A stretch of DNA of 64,000 nt from Bacteroidota bacterium (GTDB taxonomy: Bacteria; Bacteroidota; Bacteroidia; CAIKAF01), in the NCBI GenBank assembly GCA_016866335.1, contig VGMT01000010.1, positions 3,144-67,143 of the forward strand, in the 5' to 3' direction. The position numbers and the translations under genes were made by a program. Below, one piece after another: positions 18,478-28,154 of the stretch. Numbering within the stretch: the first letter of the stretch is position 1; every line of letters begins with the position of its first letter. Under the pieces are notes generated by a model. It did not search any database. It was given only the letters and a program-made list of their open reading frames with translations, and was not told the origin of the DNA.

Positions 18478-19652
18478 ACAAAAGCATTGATGCCGGTAAT
18501 ATCCAGGCCGGTGATCAACAAATGTATATCGTGGGTTCCTTCGTAGGTTACCACCGATTCTAGGTTCATCATGTGCCGCATTATGGGATACTCTCCGGTA
18601 ATTCCCATACCTCCTAAAATTTGCCTTGCATCCCTTGCTACCTCTAAGGCCAAGGCCACGTTGTTCCGCTTGGCCATTGAAATCTGGGCCGGATTCGCCC
18701 GGTTTTCGTTTTTCAAGGTACCCAAGCGCCAAACCAACAGCTGGGCTTTGGTAATTTCAGTAATCATTTCGGCCAATTTTTTCTGCTGCAATTGAAACGA
18801 GGCAATGGGTTTTCCAAATTGAATGCGTTCTCCGGCATACCTTAATGCTGTATCGTAGCAGTCCAAAGCTGCCCCTAAAGCTCCCCATGCTATGCCATAT
18901 CTGGCGCTGTTCAAACAGCTTAAAGGCCCTTTTAATCCTTTCACATTGGGCAGCAAATTTTCTTTGGGCACCCGCACGTTGTCGAACACCAACTCTCCTG
19001 TAGCCGAAGCCCTGAGGGACCATTTTCCATGGGTTTCAGGGGTGCTGAATCCCTGCATACCCCGCTCTACAATCAATCCACGAACCACTCCTGTTTCATC
19101 TTTCGCCCAAACAACCGCTATGTCGCAAAAAGGAGCATTCGATATCCACATTTTTGAACCGTTCAACAAATAATGGTCGCCCATGTCTTTGAAATGGCTT
19201 ACCATGCTGCCCGGATCGGAACCATGGTTGGGTTCGGTCAATCCAAAAGCGCCCATAAATTCACCGGTAGCCAACTTTGGCAGATACTTCTGCCGCTGTT
19301 CTTCGCTGCCAAAGGTGTAAATAGGATACATAACCAAAGAGGACTGCACCGAGGCGGTTGAACGGATTCCTGAATCGCCCCGCTCCAATTCCTGCATAAT
19401 AATACCATAGGATATCTGGTCTAATCCCTGACCACCATATTCTACCGGAATGTAAGGACCAAAAGCGCCCACCTCGGCAAGTCCTTTTAGCAATTGCTTA
19501 GGAAATTCTGCCCGTTGAGCATAATCCTCAATAATGGGTGTTACCTCCTTCTTCACAAAAGCCCGAACCGTTTCCCGAATCAGCTGGTGCTCATCGGTCA
19601 GCAGTTCTTCTACCAAATAATAGTCGTGGTACTGAAAACGGTCTTGGTACAT
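18474..19652 (-). CDS. acyl-CoA dehydrogenase (glutaryl-CoA dehydrogenase-like)
   Basis: 392 aa with the ACAD N-terminal, middle and C-terminal domain signature (GAFGLTEPNHGSDP...IQFGKPIASFQ...GEYPI). Confidence 0.85.
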   Translation of the reverse strand: MYQDRFQYHDYYLVEELLTDEHQLIRETVRAFVKKEVTPIIEDYAQRAEFPKQLLKGLAEVGAFGPYIPVEYGGQGLDQISYGIIMQELERGDSGIRSTASVQSSLVMYPIYTFGSEEQRQKYLPKLATGEFMGAFGLTEPNHGSDPGSMVSHFKDMGDHYLLNGSKMWISNAPFCDIAVVWAKDETGVVRGLIVERGMQGFSTPETHGKWSLRASATGELVFDNVRVPKENLLPNVKGLKGPLSCLNSARYGIAWGALGAALDCYDTALRYAGERIQFGKPIASFQLQQKKLAEMITEITKAQLLVWRLGTLKNENRANPAQISMAKRNNVALALEVARDARQILGGMGITGEYPIMRHMMNLESVVTYEGTHDIHLLITGLDITGINAFV

Positions 19653-19663
19653 GGTTTCTGGGT

Positions 19664-20713
19664 TTAAAGAATAAGCATTGCGTCGCCGTAACTTAAAAAT
19701 CGATATTTCTCTTTAATGGCTTCTTTGTAGGCCTCGTGCATTAAATCTAAACCGGTAAAGGCCGAAACCATCATAAATAAGGTAGATTCAGACCGATGGA
19801 AATTGGTTAGCAACGAATTGGCTACGCTGAAATCGTAAGGAGGAAAAATAAATTTATTGGTCCAGCCCTCGTAGCTCTTCAACAAGCCATCGGTTGAAAC
19901 CGAACTTTCAATGGCACGCAACACGCTGGTATCAACTGCACAAACCCGCCTTTTTGCCAATCTAGACTGATTCACAACCTCCACAGCCGAAGCAGGAATG
20001 ATGCATTCCTCTGAATCCATTTTATGCTTGGTTAGGTCTTCGACCTCGACCGGGCGAAAAGCGCCCAAACCCAAATGCAAAGTCAAATAGGCAAAATTCA
20101 CCCCGTTGATTTCAAGGCGCTTCATCAATTGCTTTGAAAGATGTAGGCCTCCGGTAGGAGCTGCAACAGCACCAACTTTGCTGGCGTAAATGGTTTGATA
20201 CCGCTCACGGTCTTCGGGTTCCACCGGCCGATCAATGTACTTGGGCAAAGGAGTTTCACCTAAATCCAACAGCATGGTCCGGAAGTCCTCGGAGTTTCCA
20301 TCGAACAAAAAGCGTAGGGTTCTTCCGCGTGAGGTGGTGTTGTCAATGACTTCAGCCACCAAGGAATCGTCCTCGCCGAAATACAATTTGTTTCCAATTC
20401 GAATTTTACGGGCTGGATCTACCAAAACATCCCACAACTTGCTTTCAGGATCCAATTCCCGTAGCAAAAACACCTCAATCTGAGCCCCTGTTTTTTCTTT
20501 ATTACCATACAAGCGCGAAGGGAAAACAGCAGTATCGTTCAATATCATGCAATCGCCCTCCGTAAAATACTCGGTCATGTCGCGAACAAGTCTGTGTTCT
20601 ATGCTTCCGGTTTGTCGGTTTACCACCAACATTCTGGCTTCGTCGCGATTGGGAGCAGGATATTGTGCAAAAAGTTCTTCGGGTTCTTTATAACGGAAAT
20701 GAGATAATTTCAT
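19664..20713 (-). CDS. queA: S-adenosylmethionine:tRNA ribosyltransferase-isomerase
   Basis: [31 protein letters not shown] is the characteristic QueA start. Length 349 aa. Confidence 0.9.
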   Translation of the reverse strand: MKLSHFRYKEPEELFAQYPAPNRDEARMLVVNRQTGSIEHRLVRDMTEYFTEGDCMILNDTAVFPSRLYGNKEKTGAQIEVFLLRELDPESKLWDVLVDPARKIRIGNKLYFGEDDSLVAEVIDNTTSRGRTLRFLFDGNSEDFRTMLLDLGETPLPKYIDRPVEPEDRERYQTIYASKVGAVAAPTGGLHLSKQLMKRLEINGVNFAYLTLHLGLGAFRPVEVEDLTKHKMDSEECIIPASAVEVVNQSRLAKRRVCAVDTSVLRAIESSVSTDGLLKSYEGWTNKFIFPPYDFSVANSLLTNFHRSESTLFMMVSAFTGLDLMHEAYKEAIKEKYRFLSYGDAMLIL

Positions 20714-20852
20714 GTACCTTTCTTAAGTAGTTAACACAATTAGGGTGCAAAATTAGTAAAAGGTAAGCCAATGCAATAAATTAATTAAGGTATTTCTGCG
20801 GAATTGGGTAATTTTGAGCAATACATATTTTATAAACCAAAATTTAAAGCCC

Positions 20853-21125
20853 ATGGTTCAGTCCACTCAGCGCTTTTTTGCTCTTTTTTTGGGTTCAGGT
20901 TTTTTTTTCAGTTCTTTAATATGGCAGGGTTGCTCAGACAATTGCCCCGACCGAGTCTCGGCCTGCACCGATTCTCCGCCAACAACTGAACTTTGCCTAG
21001 CCTATTTTCAACGCTGGTTTTTTGATGCCTCTACCAACCAATGCCAGCAAATTGGGTACGGCGGTTGTGGGCAATATGGCTTTGCCACCCAAGCTGAATG
21101 CGAGGCTTGTCGGTGCTCAGATTAG
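20853..21125 (+). CDS. small secreted lipoprotein with Kunitz/BPTI-like domain
   Basis: Signal/lipobox (FFFSSLIWQGC), then C-x9-C-x15-C-x7-C-x10-C-x2-C with F.YGGCG..GF.T..EC...C and R.FF......C. This is close to the BPTI Cys spacing of 8/15/7/12/3. Confidence 0.5.
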   Translation: MVQSTQRFFALFLGSGFFFSSLIWQGCSDNCPDRVSACTDSPPTTELCLAYFQRWFFDASTNQCQQIGYGGCGQYGFATQAECEACRCSD

Positions 21126-21177
21126 CTTAATCACGCATGTTGCGTGTATTAATCCTACCTTTGCTGAAAATTAACCG

Positions 21178-23043
21178 ATGGAATCGAGAAAAGAGCCGGG
21201 CCGAAACCGGATACCTGGAGGCAGAAAACCCGCCTCCGCCTCCGGAACAAGCCGCCCGGCAAGAAGCGAAAACGATGGATTTTCTGGAAACGCTGACCGG
21301 GCCTACGCTCGGAAGAAATCCGAAGGCTCGGAGGGCGAACGCCCACGCGGCCGCAGCAGAATGGTGAGTAAAGATTACAGCCCCAGGCCAGAACGAGACT
21401 CCGATTCAAACCGAGAACGTCCCAACCGCAGTGGTGGTTCTTTTTCTCGCGATTCAAAACCAGCGTTTGGCCCAAGAAAAACTGGATTCAACCGATCCGA
21501 TCGTTCCGACGACCGCCCAAGGCGTTCGTTCTCTGACGGCGAACGTCGTTCTGCTGCCGGCCGACCTGCACGCCCCGATTCCGATAACCGCAGCGAAAGA
21601 CCTTCTCGATACAATTCATCGGGCCAGGACAGGCCAGCACCACGACGCTCTTTCGGAGAGCGCAGTTCCGAAGACCGACCGTTTAGACCCAAACCCGGAT
21701 TCAAAAAACCCTTCGGTTCCAGAGATTCCGATGACCGTGGCGACCGCCCAAAACCCGGTTTTAAAAAGCCCTTCGGTTCCAGAGATTCCGATGACCGTGG
21801 CGACCGCCCAAAACCCGGTTTTAAGAAACCTTTTGGTTCCAGAGATTCCGAAGACAGACCCTTTAGACCTAAACCCGGATTTAAAAAGCCCTTCGGTTCT
21901 AGAGATTCCGATGATCGTGGCGATAGGCCAAGACCTTTCGCAAAGCGCGAAGGTTTCTCTTCTGACCGGGGCGAACGACCTAGGCCTTACCCAAAACGCG
22001 ATGCTTCATCGGGCGAACAAACAGAAAGGCCCTTATACACTAAAAAACCCTACGGAGCCAGAACGGCCGAAGGCGGCGAAAAACGGAGCAGCCGCTTTTC
22101 AAGGGATTCCGATGCCCGACCTGCCTTCAGGGATTCCAAACCAAGACCTGCGTTCAATACAGACGAAGCCAGCGGCGAGGAGAGACCAAAACGAACCTAT
22201 ACCAAACGCAGTGGGGAAGACGGAGAAAACCGCCCAGCCCGCAGTCCTAGGTCCGATTATAAAACCAGCAGGCCGGGCAAAACATTTGGCCACAACCGAA
22301 AACCCCGTCTTGCAGAAGGAGAAGAAGATGGCCCAAAAGGCGTTCGCCTGAATAAATACCTGGCCAATGCCGGATTGTGCAGCCGCCGCGAAGCCGACCA
22401 ATTTATTCAAAGCGGTGTGGTTGAAGTAAACGGAGAAATCATCACCGAACTGGGACATAAAATCCAACACGATGACGTGGTACTGTTTGGCGGAAAGCGG
22501 GTCAACGGCGACAAACCAACCTATGTTTTGTTGAACAAACCCAAAGACTACATTACCACCACCCGCGACCCGGAACAACGCAAAACCGTGATGGAACTGG
22601 TAAGTAGCCTAACCCGCAGCCGGGTATTTCCCGTTGGCCGTCTGGATCGAAATACCACCGGTGTTTTGATGTTGACCAACGATGGAGAACTGGCCGACCG
22701 ACTTCTGCACCCCTCTCGGAAAATCAGCAAGGTGTACCACGTTGAAGTAGATAAGCGATTTAAAATCAAGGACCTAAAAGCCCTGAAAACCGGAATTGAA
22801 CTTGAGGACGGAATTATTCAAGTGGACGACGTTAGCTTAGTAGAAGGAGGAACCCCCATGCAAATTGGCATACAAATCCACTCAGGCCGCAACCGAATTG
22901 TTCGCCGAATGATTGAACACCTAGGCTATCAAGTCATTAAACTTGACCGTGTTATGTTTGCCGGCCTAACCAAAAAAGGACTGAAACGCGGTCAAGCCCG
23001 CTTTCTTACAGAAGAAGAAGTGATTATGCTACGCCGACAATAA
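21178..23043 (+). CDS. rluB: 23S rRNA pseudouridine synthase (RluB/RsuA family) with long Arg/Asp/Pro-rich repetitive N-terminal extension
   Basis: C-terminal 250 aa contain an S4 domain (VRLNKYLANAGLCSRREADQFIQSGVVEVNGE) and the pseudouridine synthase core (FPVGRLDRNTTGVLMLTNDGELA). The N-terminal roughly 370 aa are low complexity. The start is uncertain; the alternative is the ATG at 21361. Confidence 0.8.
   Translation: MESRKEPGRNRIPGGRKPASASGTSRPARSENDGFSGNADRAYARKKSEGSEGERPRGRSRMVSKDYSPRPERDSDSNRERPNRSGGSFSRDSKPAFGPRKTGFNRSDRSDDRPRRSFSDGERRSAAGRPARPDSDNRSERPSRYNSSGQDRPAPRRSFGERSSEDRPFRPKPGFKKPFGSRDSDDRGDRPKPGFKKPFGSRDSDDRGDRPKPGFKKPFGSRDSEDRPFRPKPGFKKPFGSRDSDDRGDRPRPFAKREGFSSDRGERPRPYPKRDASSGEQTERPLYTKKPYGARTAEGGEKRSSRFSRDSDARPAFRDSKPRPAFNTDEASGEERPKRTYTKRSGEDGENRPARSPRSDYKTSRPGKTFGHNRKPRLAEGEEDGPKGVRLNKYLANAGLCSRREADQFIQSGVVEVNGEIITELGHKIQHDDVVLFGGKRVNGDKPTYVLLNKPKDYITTTRDPEQRKTVMELVSSLTRSRVFPVGRLDRNTTGVLMLTNDGELADRLLHPSRKISKVYHVEVDKRFKIKDLKALKTGIELEDGIIQVDDVSLVEGGTPMQIGIQIHSGRNRIVRRMIEHLGYQVIKLDRVMFAGLTKKGLKRGQARFLTEEEVIMLRRQ
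21661..21945 (+). repeat. about 4.5 tandem 60-bp direct repeats inside the rluB 5' region
   Basis: Units begin agagattccgatgaccgtggcgaccgcccaaaacccggttttaaaaagcccttcggttcc at 21721, 21781, 21841 and 21901, with a partial unit before. They encode DRPKPGFKKPFGSRDSDDRG x4-5. Confidence 0.85.
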
Positions 23044-23052
23044 CCCATTTAT

Positions 23053-24603
23053 ATGGTACTGCTGGGAAGTCTCATAAAAAGAGGTTTACGCCTTCGAAAA
23101 ACCATAAACAAAGTCCGAAAAGGCCGCTCAGCCAGCCAATGGCAACGCAGCACCCTAGTTAAGTTGCTTAAAAAAGCGAAATCCACCCAATTTGGACAGG
23201 CCTATGATTTTGAGGGCATATTAAAATCCGATTTCCCTAGGAACACCTTTCAGCAAACCGTTCCCATATTCGATTACAGCCGAATGCACCGGGAATGGTG
23301 GAGCAAAAGCCTAAAAGGCGAGCAAGATGTAACCTGGCCTGGCAGCATTAAATACTATGCTTTAAGTTCAGGCACCAGCGGTTCGGCCTCCAAATACATT
23401 CCCGTTACCAGCAGCATGATTAAATCCATGCGGCGCACCTCCGTTCGGCAACTGCTAACCTTGGTCAACTACGAGTTGCCCGAAGACCTTTTCGGCAAAG
23501 GCGTTCTGGTGCTGGGGGGCTCGACCGATCTTGAAAAGGTAGGAAATTATTTTATGGGAGACCTGAGCGGAATCAATCAGGCCAACATGCCTTTTTATAC
23601 CACCCCATTCTACAAACCGGGCAAAACAATTGCCAGGCAGAAAGACTGGAACCTGAAAATCGATGAAATCGTAAAAAAGGCTCCAACCTGGGACATCGGT
23701 ATGATTACCGGCGTTCCTGCTTGGAACCAAATTGTACTGGAGCGCATCACTCAAACCTACCGCCTCAATACCATTCACGACATTTGGCCCAATTTATCGG
23801 TGTTTATTTACGGGGGTGTTGCCTTTGAACCCTACCGAACAGCCTTTGAGCGCCTGCTGGGCAAACCCATTCACTACCTTGAAACCTACTTGGCCAGCGA
23901 AGGGTTTTTGGCCTACCAAAGCCGAAAAGAGGTGAAAGGAATGGAACTGGTTCTGAACAACGGCATTTTCATGGAGTTTATTCCCTTTAACTCGACCAAT
24001 TTTAACGAAGAAGGGGAACTTCGTACTGATGCCCAACGCCCTCTGCTCATTGAAGAAGTTCGTGAAAACGAAGAATACGCTATTTTGATTTCAACCAACG
24101 CCGGAGCCTGGCGCTACCTGATTGGCGACACCATCAAATTCAGCTCGGTCGAACTCCGCGAAATCATCATTACCGGCCGAACCAAGCATTTTTTAAGCCT
24201 GTGCGGAGAACACCTATCGGTCGAAAACATGAGCCGAGCCGTTGAACTTCTTGCTGAACAACGCGGCATTTCATTGCCTGAATTCACCGTAGCTCCTATG
24301 CCCTCGGGGCATTTCTTCGGCCACCATTGGTACATCGGCTGCTCCGATTCCATTCCTTTGGATACAAAATCCCTGTCCACCCAATTGGATTCCATTCTCT
24401 GCATGCTTAACGACGATTACAAGGTGGAACGCCAACATGCCCTTAAAGAAATTCAGCTTACGCTTTTGCCTGTAACATGGTTTTACGAATGGCTTGAAAT
24501 CAGAGGAAAAATGGGAGCCCAAAGCAAATTCCCTAGGGTGCTTCGAGCTGAAAACCTTCAGGCTTGGGGCGAATTCATTTTGCAAAAACAGAGGCTAGGA
24601 TAA
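23053..24603 (+). CDS. GH3 family protein (auxin-responsive GH3/JAR1-like acyl-adenylate-forming enzyme homologue)
   Basis: 516 aa. The N-terminus (FGQAYDFEGILKS...FQQTVPIFDYSRMHREWW...YYALSSGTSGSASKYIPVT) matches bacterial GH3-family proteins common in Bacteroidetes. Confidence 0.75.
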   Translation: MVLLGSLIKRGLRLRKTINKVRKGRSASQWQRSTLVKLLKKAKSTQFGQAYDFEGILKSDFPRNTFQQTVPIFDYSRMHREWWSKSLKGEQDVTWPGSIKYYALSSGTSGSASKYIPVTSSMIKSMRRTSVRQLLTLVNYELPEDLFGKGVLVLGGSTDLEKVGNYFMGDLSGINQANMPFYTTPFYKPGKTIARQKDWNLKIDEIVKKAPTWDIGMITGVPAWNQIVLERITQTYRLNTIHDIWPNLSVFIYGGVAFEPYRTAFERLLGKPIHYLETYLASEGFLAYQSRKEVKGMELVLNNGIFMEFIPFNSTNFNEEGELRTDAQRPLLIEEVRENEEYAILISTNAGAWRYLIGDTIKFSSVELREIIITGRTKHFLSLCGEHLSVENMSRAVELLAEQRGISLPEFTVAPMPSGHFFGHHWYIGCSDSIPLDTKSLSTQLDSILCMLNDDYKVERQHALKEIQLTLLPVTWFYEWLEIRGKMGAQSKFPRVLRAENLQAWGEFILQKQRLG

Positions 24604-24619
24604 GGCATTTTACTTTTCT

Positions 24620-25270
24620 TTGCACATGCCTGATTTTATTTTATCTGGTTTATTAATGGGATTGCTGCTTAGCATAGCAGCCGGGCCAACCATGTTGGCC
24701 TTAATTCAAAGCTCCATCGCCGAAGGGGCTAAGCGCACCCTTTTTATGGAAATGGGCGTTTTAATTAGCGATGCCTTTTTAATTGCAGTTACCTATTTTG
24801 GGCTTGGGCAATTTTTATCGGTGAGTCCTAAACTGGAACCGTTGTACTTAGGATTGGGTGGAGCCTTGATTATTGGTATGGGAGCCTACAAACTGAAAAT
24901 TCGGCACAGCCAACTTAGGCAGGCCCACCGTTGGATGGAAGGCCAAAAAAGTCTTCCCCTAACCCTTCTTTGGAAGGGCTTTATGTACAATTCTGTGAAT
25001 CCTTCGGTTTTGCTGTTTTGGATTGGCAGCGTTACTTTAATTACCGCTCAATTTTCTCAAAATTCGGTCAAAATTGCTGGACATTTTTTAACAACCCTGG
25101 CGGTAATGTTCGGAACCGATGTTCTTAAAATTTATGGCAGCAGCCGACTACGGGCATTAATGACACCGCGCCGCTTGATTCGTCTTTCCCAATTCATGGG
25201 CTGGGCATTGATGCTCTTTGGCGTTTTTCTGCTGATTAAAGCCGGCGTTCGATTATACCAAACCGCATAA
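24620..25270 (+). CDS. LysE/RhtB family amino-acid efflux translocator
   Basis: 216 aa, six TM helices. N-terminal GLLMGLLLSIAAGP pattern of the LysE type. Confidence 0.7.
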   Translation: MHMPDFILSGLLMGLLLSIAAGPTMLALIQSSIAEGAKRTLFMEMGVLISDAFLIAVTYFGLGQFLSVSPKLEPLYLGLGGALIIGMGAYKLKIRHSQLRQAHRWMEGQKSLPLTLLWKGFMYNSVNPSVLLFWIGSVTLITAQFSQNSVKIAGHFLTTLAVMFGTDVLKIYGSSRLRALMTPRRLIRLSQFMGWALMLFGVFLLIKAGVRLYQTA

Positions 25271-25300
25271 GACCTCGTTTACAAAGGAACCAACCAGGCA

Positions 25301-27817
25301 ATGATACCCACACAAACTCCTGCTCCAGCAAAAAAGAAAAGGCGTTGGCTTATTTGGTTGACCTTGGTTCTTTTTGTGGTTTTTATCTTGCCGGTCATCT
25401 TAACCTATGTGTTCAAAGATGAACTTATATCGGCGGTACTCAAATCAATGAACCGCCGCCTAAACACCAAAGTTCAAGTCGAAAAGGTCGATCTAACTTT
25501 CTGGTCCACTTTCCCTTATGTTTCGGTTGAATTGCAACAGGTACGTGTTTTAGAAGCAGGAACACTTGCCCGCCCCGACTCTATGCTGCTTCAATGTGAA
25601 TCCCTTTACCTGCAAGTTAAACCTCTTGACCTTTTTCAAGATAATCCTGTAGTTCGTCGTATTTCAGTGAACCAAGGTAAACTTAATATCCGGTTTGATC
25701 CGGAACGCGGAAATAATTTCAGTATTCTAAAAGAGGAAACCCAGCAAGGGGAATCAAAATCTACCTTCGAAATCGAACAACTACGCCTAAACAACCTTCA
25801 ACTATTTTATTCCAACGGAAAAGAAAATCCCTTTGAATTCAGGTTGACCACCGCTCTATTTAGGGGAGCATTTTCGCAAGAAAGCTATGAACTCCAAACC
25901 GAGCTAAGCGGGCATTTGCCCTTTTTTAGCGAATTAGAACTTAATTTAGAAACCAAGGTGAACATTGACCAAAAGAAGAAAGAACACCTGATTTCTGATT
26001 TCACACTTGGTTTTGGTGAAATGTCGCTGACCGGAAAAGGGCGTCTAAATACGGGCGATGTACCCGAAATCGATGTAGAATTCCAAGGCAGCAACCTAGA
26101 CCTTTCAGAATTAAACAGCGTTTTGGTTAAAGCTACCTCAAACCCCGTATGGAATGAGTACGCCGGTCAAGGCCGGTTAAACCTTCAGGGCCGGTATGCT
26201 GGAAAATGGCTTAAAAAGAAACAGCCAGAACTCAACCTTACCATGGAACTTAAAAACGGCGAGTGGGAATACGCCCCTACTTCAACGGTTTTACAAAACA
26301 TCAACCTGAAAGGAAGCGTTCAGCTAAATTCAAAAAACGAATGGACCATCAAATTGCCTGAATTTTCAGCCAACATTCAAGGCCAAGCCATTCAAGGCGC
26401 TCTAAACTACAGTGAGCCCGAACAAGGCGCCTTAGAATTGCAATTGCAAGGCGAACTTGACCTGCAAACCTGGAAGCCCTTTATAAATCCCGACCCCGAA
26501 CTTCAGCTCAAGGGAAAAGCCAACCTTCAAATAAACTACAAAGGGAAATCTGGCCAATGGAAAAGCGCCGCCAGCGTGGAACACAGCTCTGGTCGTATTG
26601 GCTTGCGCGAAGTTGAAATTACCCACAGCGGTTGGATTCACCCCATTTCAAACCTTTCGGCCAACATCGAAATTGACCAGGCTGGCATCCGCAGTCCAGA
26701 ACTGCAAGCCCAATGGGGCGAAAGCCGGGTGACCGGAAACCTGACATGGATTGGCGGACTGCAATACGCCCTAGGCATGGACAGCAGCCTTCAATTTACC
26801 GGCGATCTGCACATCGGTTACCTAAACCCCGAAACATGGTTGGGGAACAGCAGCGGGAATTCCTCAGCTGAACCCTTTACCTGGCCGCTTAACTGGACCC
26901 ACAACCTAAACCTGCGCATCGACACACTGCACTACAAAACCTTTCGAGCCAACAACCTGAAAGCCAACCTAAGCCTTCAAGCCTCAAACCTATACCTACG
27001 CGGCATTCAATTTAATGCACTGAACGGGGAATGCCTGGGGCAGGGCCAATGGCTCAACAACAAGGGTGTACAGCAGATTTCTGCCTCGTTTTCCTTGGGC
27101 AACGTGAACGTGCAAGAACTGTTCAGGCAGTTCAACAATTTTGGGCAATCCAGCCTGATTTATCAAAACGTGGAAGGCAGCTTGTTTGCCGATGTATCTG
27201 TAAAAAGCAACCTAAAAAAAGACCTAACCCTTGACCTGCCCAGCTTGCTGGTGCAAAGCAGCTTAAACTTGGAAAAAGGCCGTTTAAAGAACTTTGAACC
27301 CCTAAAGCCCTTGGCCGCCTTTATCGACATGAACGAGCTCAACGACATTCGGTTCGCCACGCTCAGCAATCAAATTGAAATTCGCAACGAAACCATTTAC
27401 ATTCCCGAAATGAGCATTCGCTCCAATGCCCTTGACTTAAACCTGTCGGGAACCCATGGATTCGATCAAACCATTGATTACCGCTTTAACCTGCTGATGC
27501 GCGATTTGCTGGCTAATAAATTTAAAATTTTTAAATCGCGCCGGCAAGACGACTACGGCGATATTCAAGAGACCGAAAGCACCGCGCGCATCTACCTGAA
27601 AATGACCGGCACCATGGACCAGGCCAAAATCAGCTACGACATGAAAAACACCTTTCAAAAAATGGGGCAAGACATGAAAAAAGAAGGCCAAACCCTAAAA
27701 GAACTGCTGAAAGAAGATTTTGGAACGCAAAAATCAGGCGATAGTACCAAGGTAGGCCCCGGCAAACGGCCCAACCCCAACCAGGTTGACCAATCCTCTG
27801 ACTTTGAATTTGAATAA
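25301..27817 (+). CDS. AsmA-family outer-membrane assembly protein
   Basis: 838 aa. Single N-terminal TM anchor, then long beta-rich repetitive periplasmic region. Architecture typical of AsmA/DUF748-like proteins. Confidence 0.65.
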   Translation: MIPTQTPAPAKKKRRWLIWLTLVLFVVFILPVILTYVFKDELISAVLKSMNRRLNTKVQVEKVDLTFWSTFPYVSVELQQVRVLEAGTLARPDSMLLQCESLYLQVKPLDLFQDNPVVRRISVNQGKLNIRFDPERGNNFSILKEETQQGESKSTFEIEQLRLNNLQLFYSNGKENPFEFRLTTALFRGAFSQESYELQTELSGHLPFFSELELNLETKVNIDQKKKEHLISDFTLGFGEMSLTGKGRLNTGDVPEIDVEFQGSNLDLSELNSVLVKATSNPVWNEYAGQGRLNLQGRYAGKWLKKKQPELNLTMELKNGEWEYAPTSTVLQNINLKGSVQLNSKNEWTIKLPEFSANIQGQAIQGALNYSEPEQGALELQLQGELDLQTWKPFINPDPELQLKGKANLQINYKGKSGQWKSAASVEHSSGRIGLREVEITHSGWIHPISNLSANIEIDQAGIRSPELQAQWGESRVTGNLTWIGGLQYALGMDSSLQFTGDLHIGYLNPETWLGNSSGNSSAEPFTWPLNWTHNLNLRIDTLHYKTFRANNLKANLSLQASNLYLRGIQFNALNGECLGQGQWLNNKGVQQISASFSLGNVNVQELFRQFNNFGQSSLIYQNVEGSLFADVSVKSNLKKDLTLDLPSLLVQSSLNLEKGRLKNFEPLKPLAAFIDMNELNDIRFATLSNQIEIRNETIYIPEMSIRSNALDLNLSGTHGFDQTIDYRFNLLMRDLLANKFKIFKSRRQDDYGDIQETESTARIYLKMTGTMDQAKISYDMKNTFQKMGQDMKKEGQTLKELLKEDFGTQKSGDSTKVGPGKRPNPNQVDQSSDFEFE

Positions 27818-27879
27818 GGAAACGCAAAATTTTACGTATTTCGGTTCAGGCTCCCAACCCAATTTCCATTCCCACACGG

Positions 27880-28040
27880 CAAACCGCCACGCGTGGCGGC
27901 AGGGATTGAGGCGGCTACCCCGCAAAGCTGCCGAAGCCTGGCCCGCTAGGTGCGGAGGCGACCTTGGGAGCCCCCGCAAACCAGCTGGGCCAGCCTTTCG
28001 GCAACTGTGGAGTAGCGCGGAAAGCCCGGCTACCGCCCCA
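27880..28040 (+). repeat. high-GC intergenic repeat, copy A
   Basis: cgccacgcgtggcggcagggattgaggcgg...gccgaagcctggcccgctaggtgcggaggcgaccttgggagcccccgcaaaccagctgggccagcctttcggcaac...gcggaaagcccggctaccgccccaattaaaaa. About 90% identical to the reverse complement of 43625..43795. Confidence 0.75.
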
Positions 28041-28154
28041 ATTAAAAATCCTCAAAACAATGCATTCAATAGCCCCGACCCCAATCGAAAATCCCTTTTG
28101 AATTTTGCCCTCGTTTGATAAAACCCTCTTTTTTTGGCACTTTTGAGCTCAAAT

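Noticed and set aside
21661-21945. Tandem 60-bp repeats, and the GC repeat family, as possible CRISPR arrays.
   Set aside because: The 60-bp units are contiguous with no spacers and are in-frame coding sequence. The GC repeats are more than 150 bp, kilobases apart and in both orientations. No cas genes are present, so there is no CRISPR.
21137-22578. Alternate-frame ORFs over the rluB repeat region (21137..21367, 21155..21475, 21375..21704, 21431..22351, 22099..22578).
   Set aside because: Low-complexity repeats give open frames in several phases. Only the frame continuous with the S4 plus pseudouridine-synthase domains is credible.
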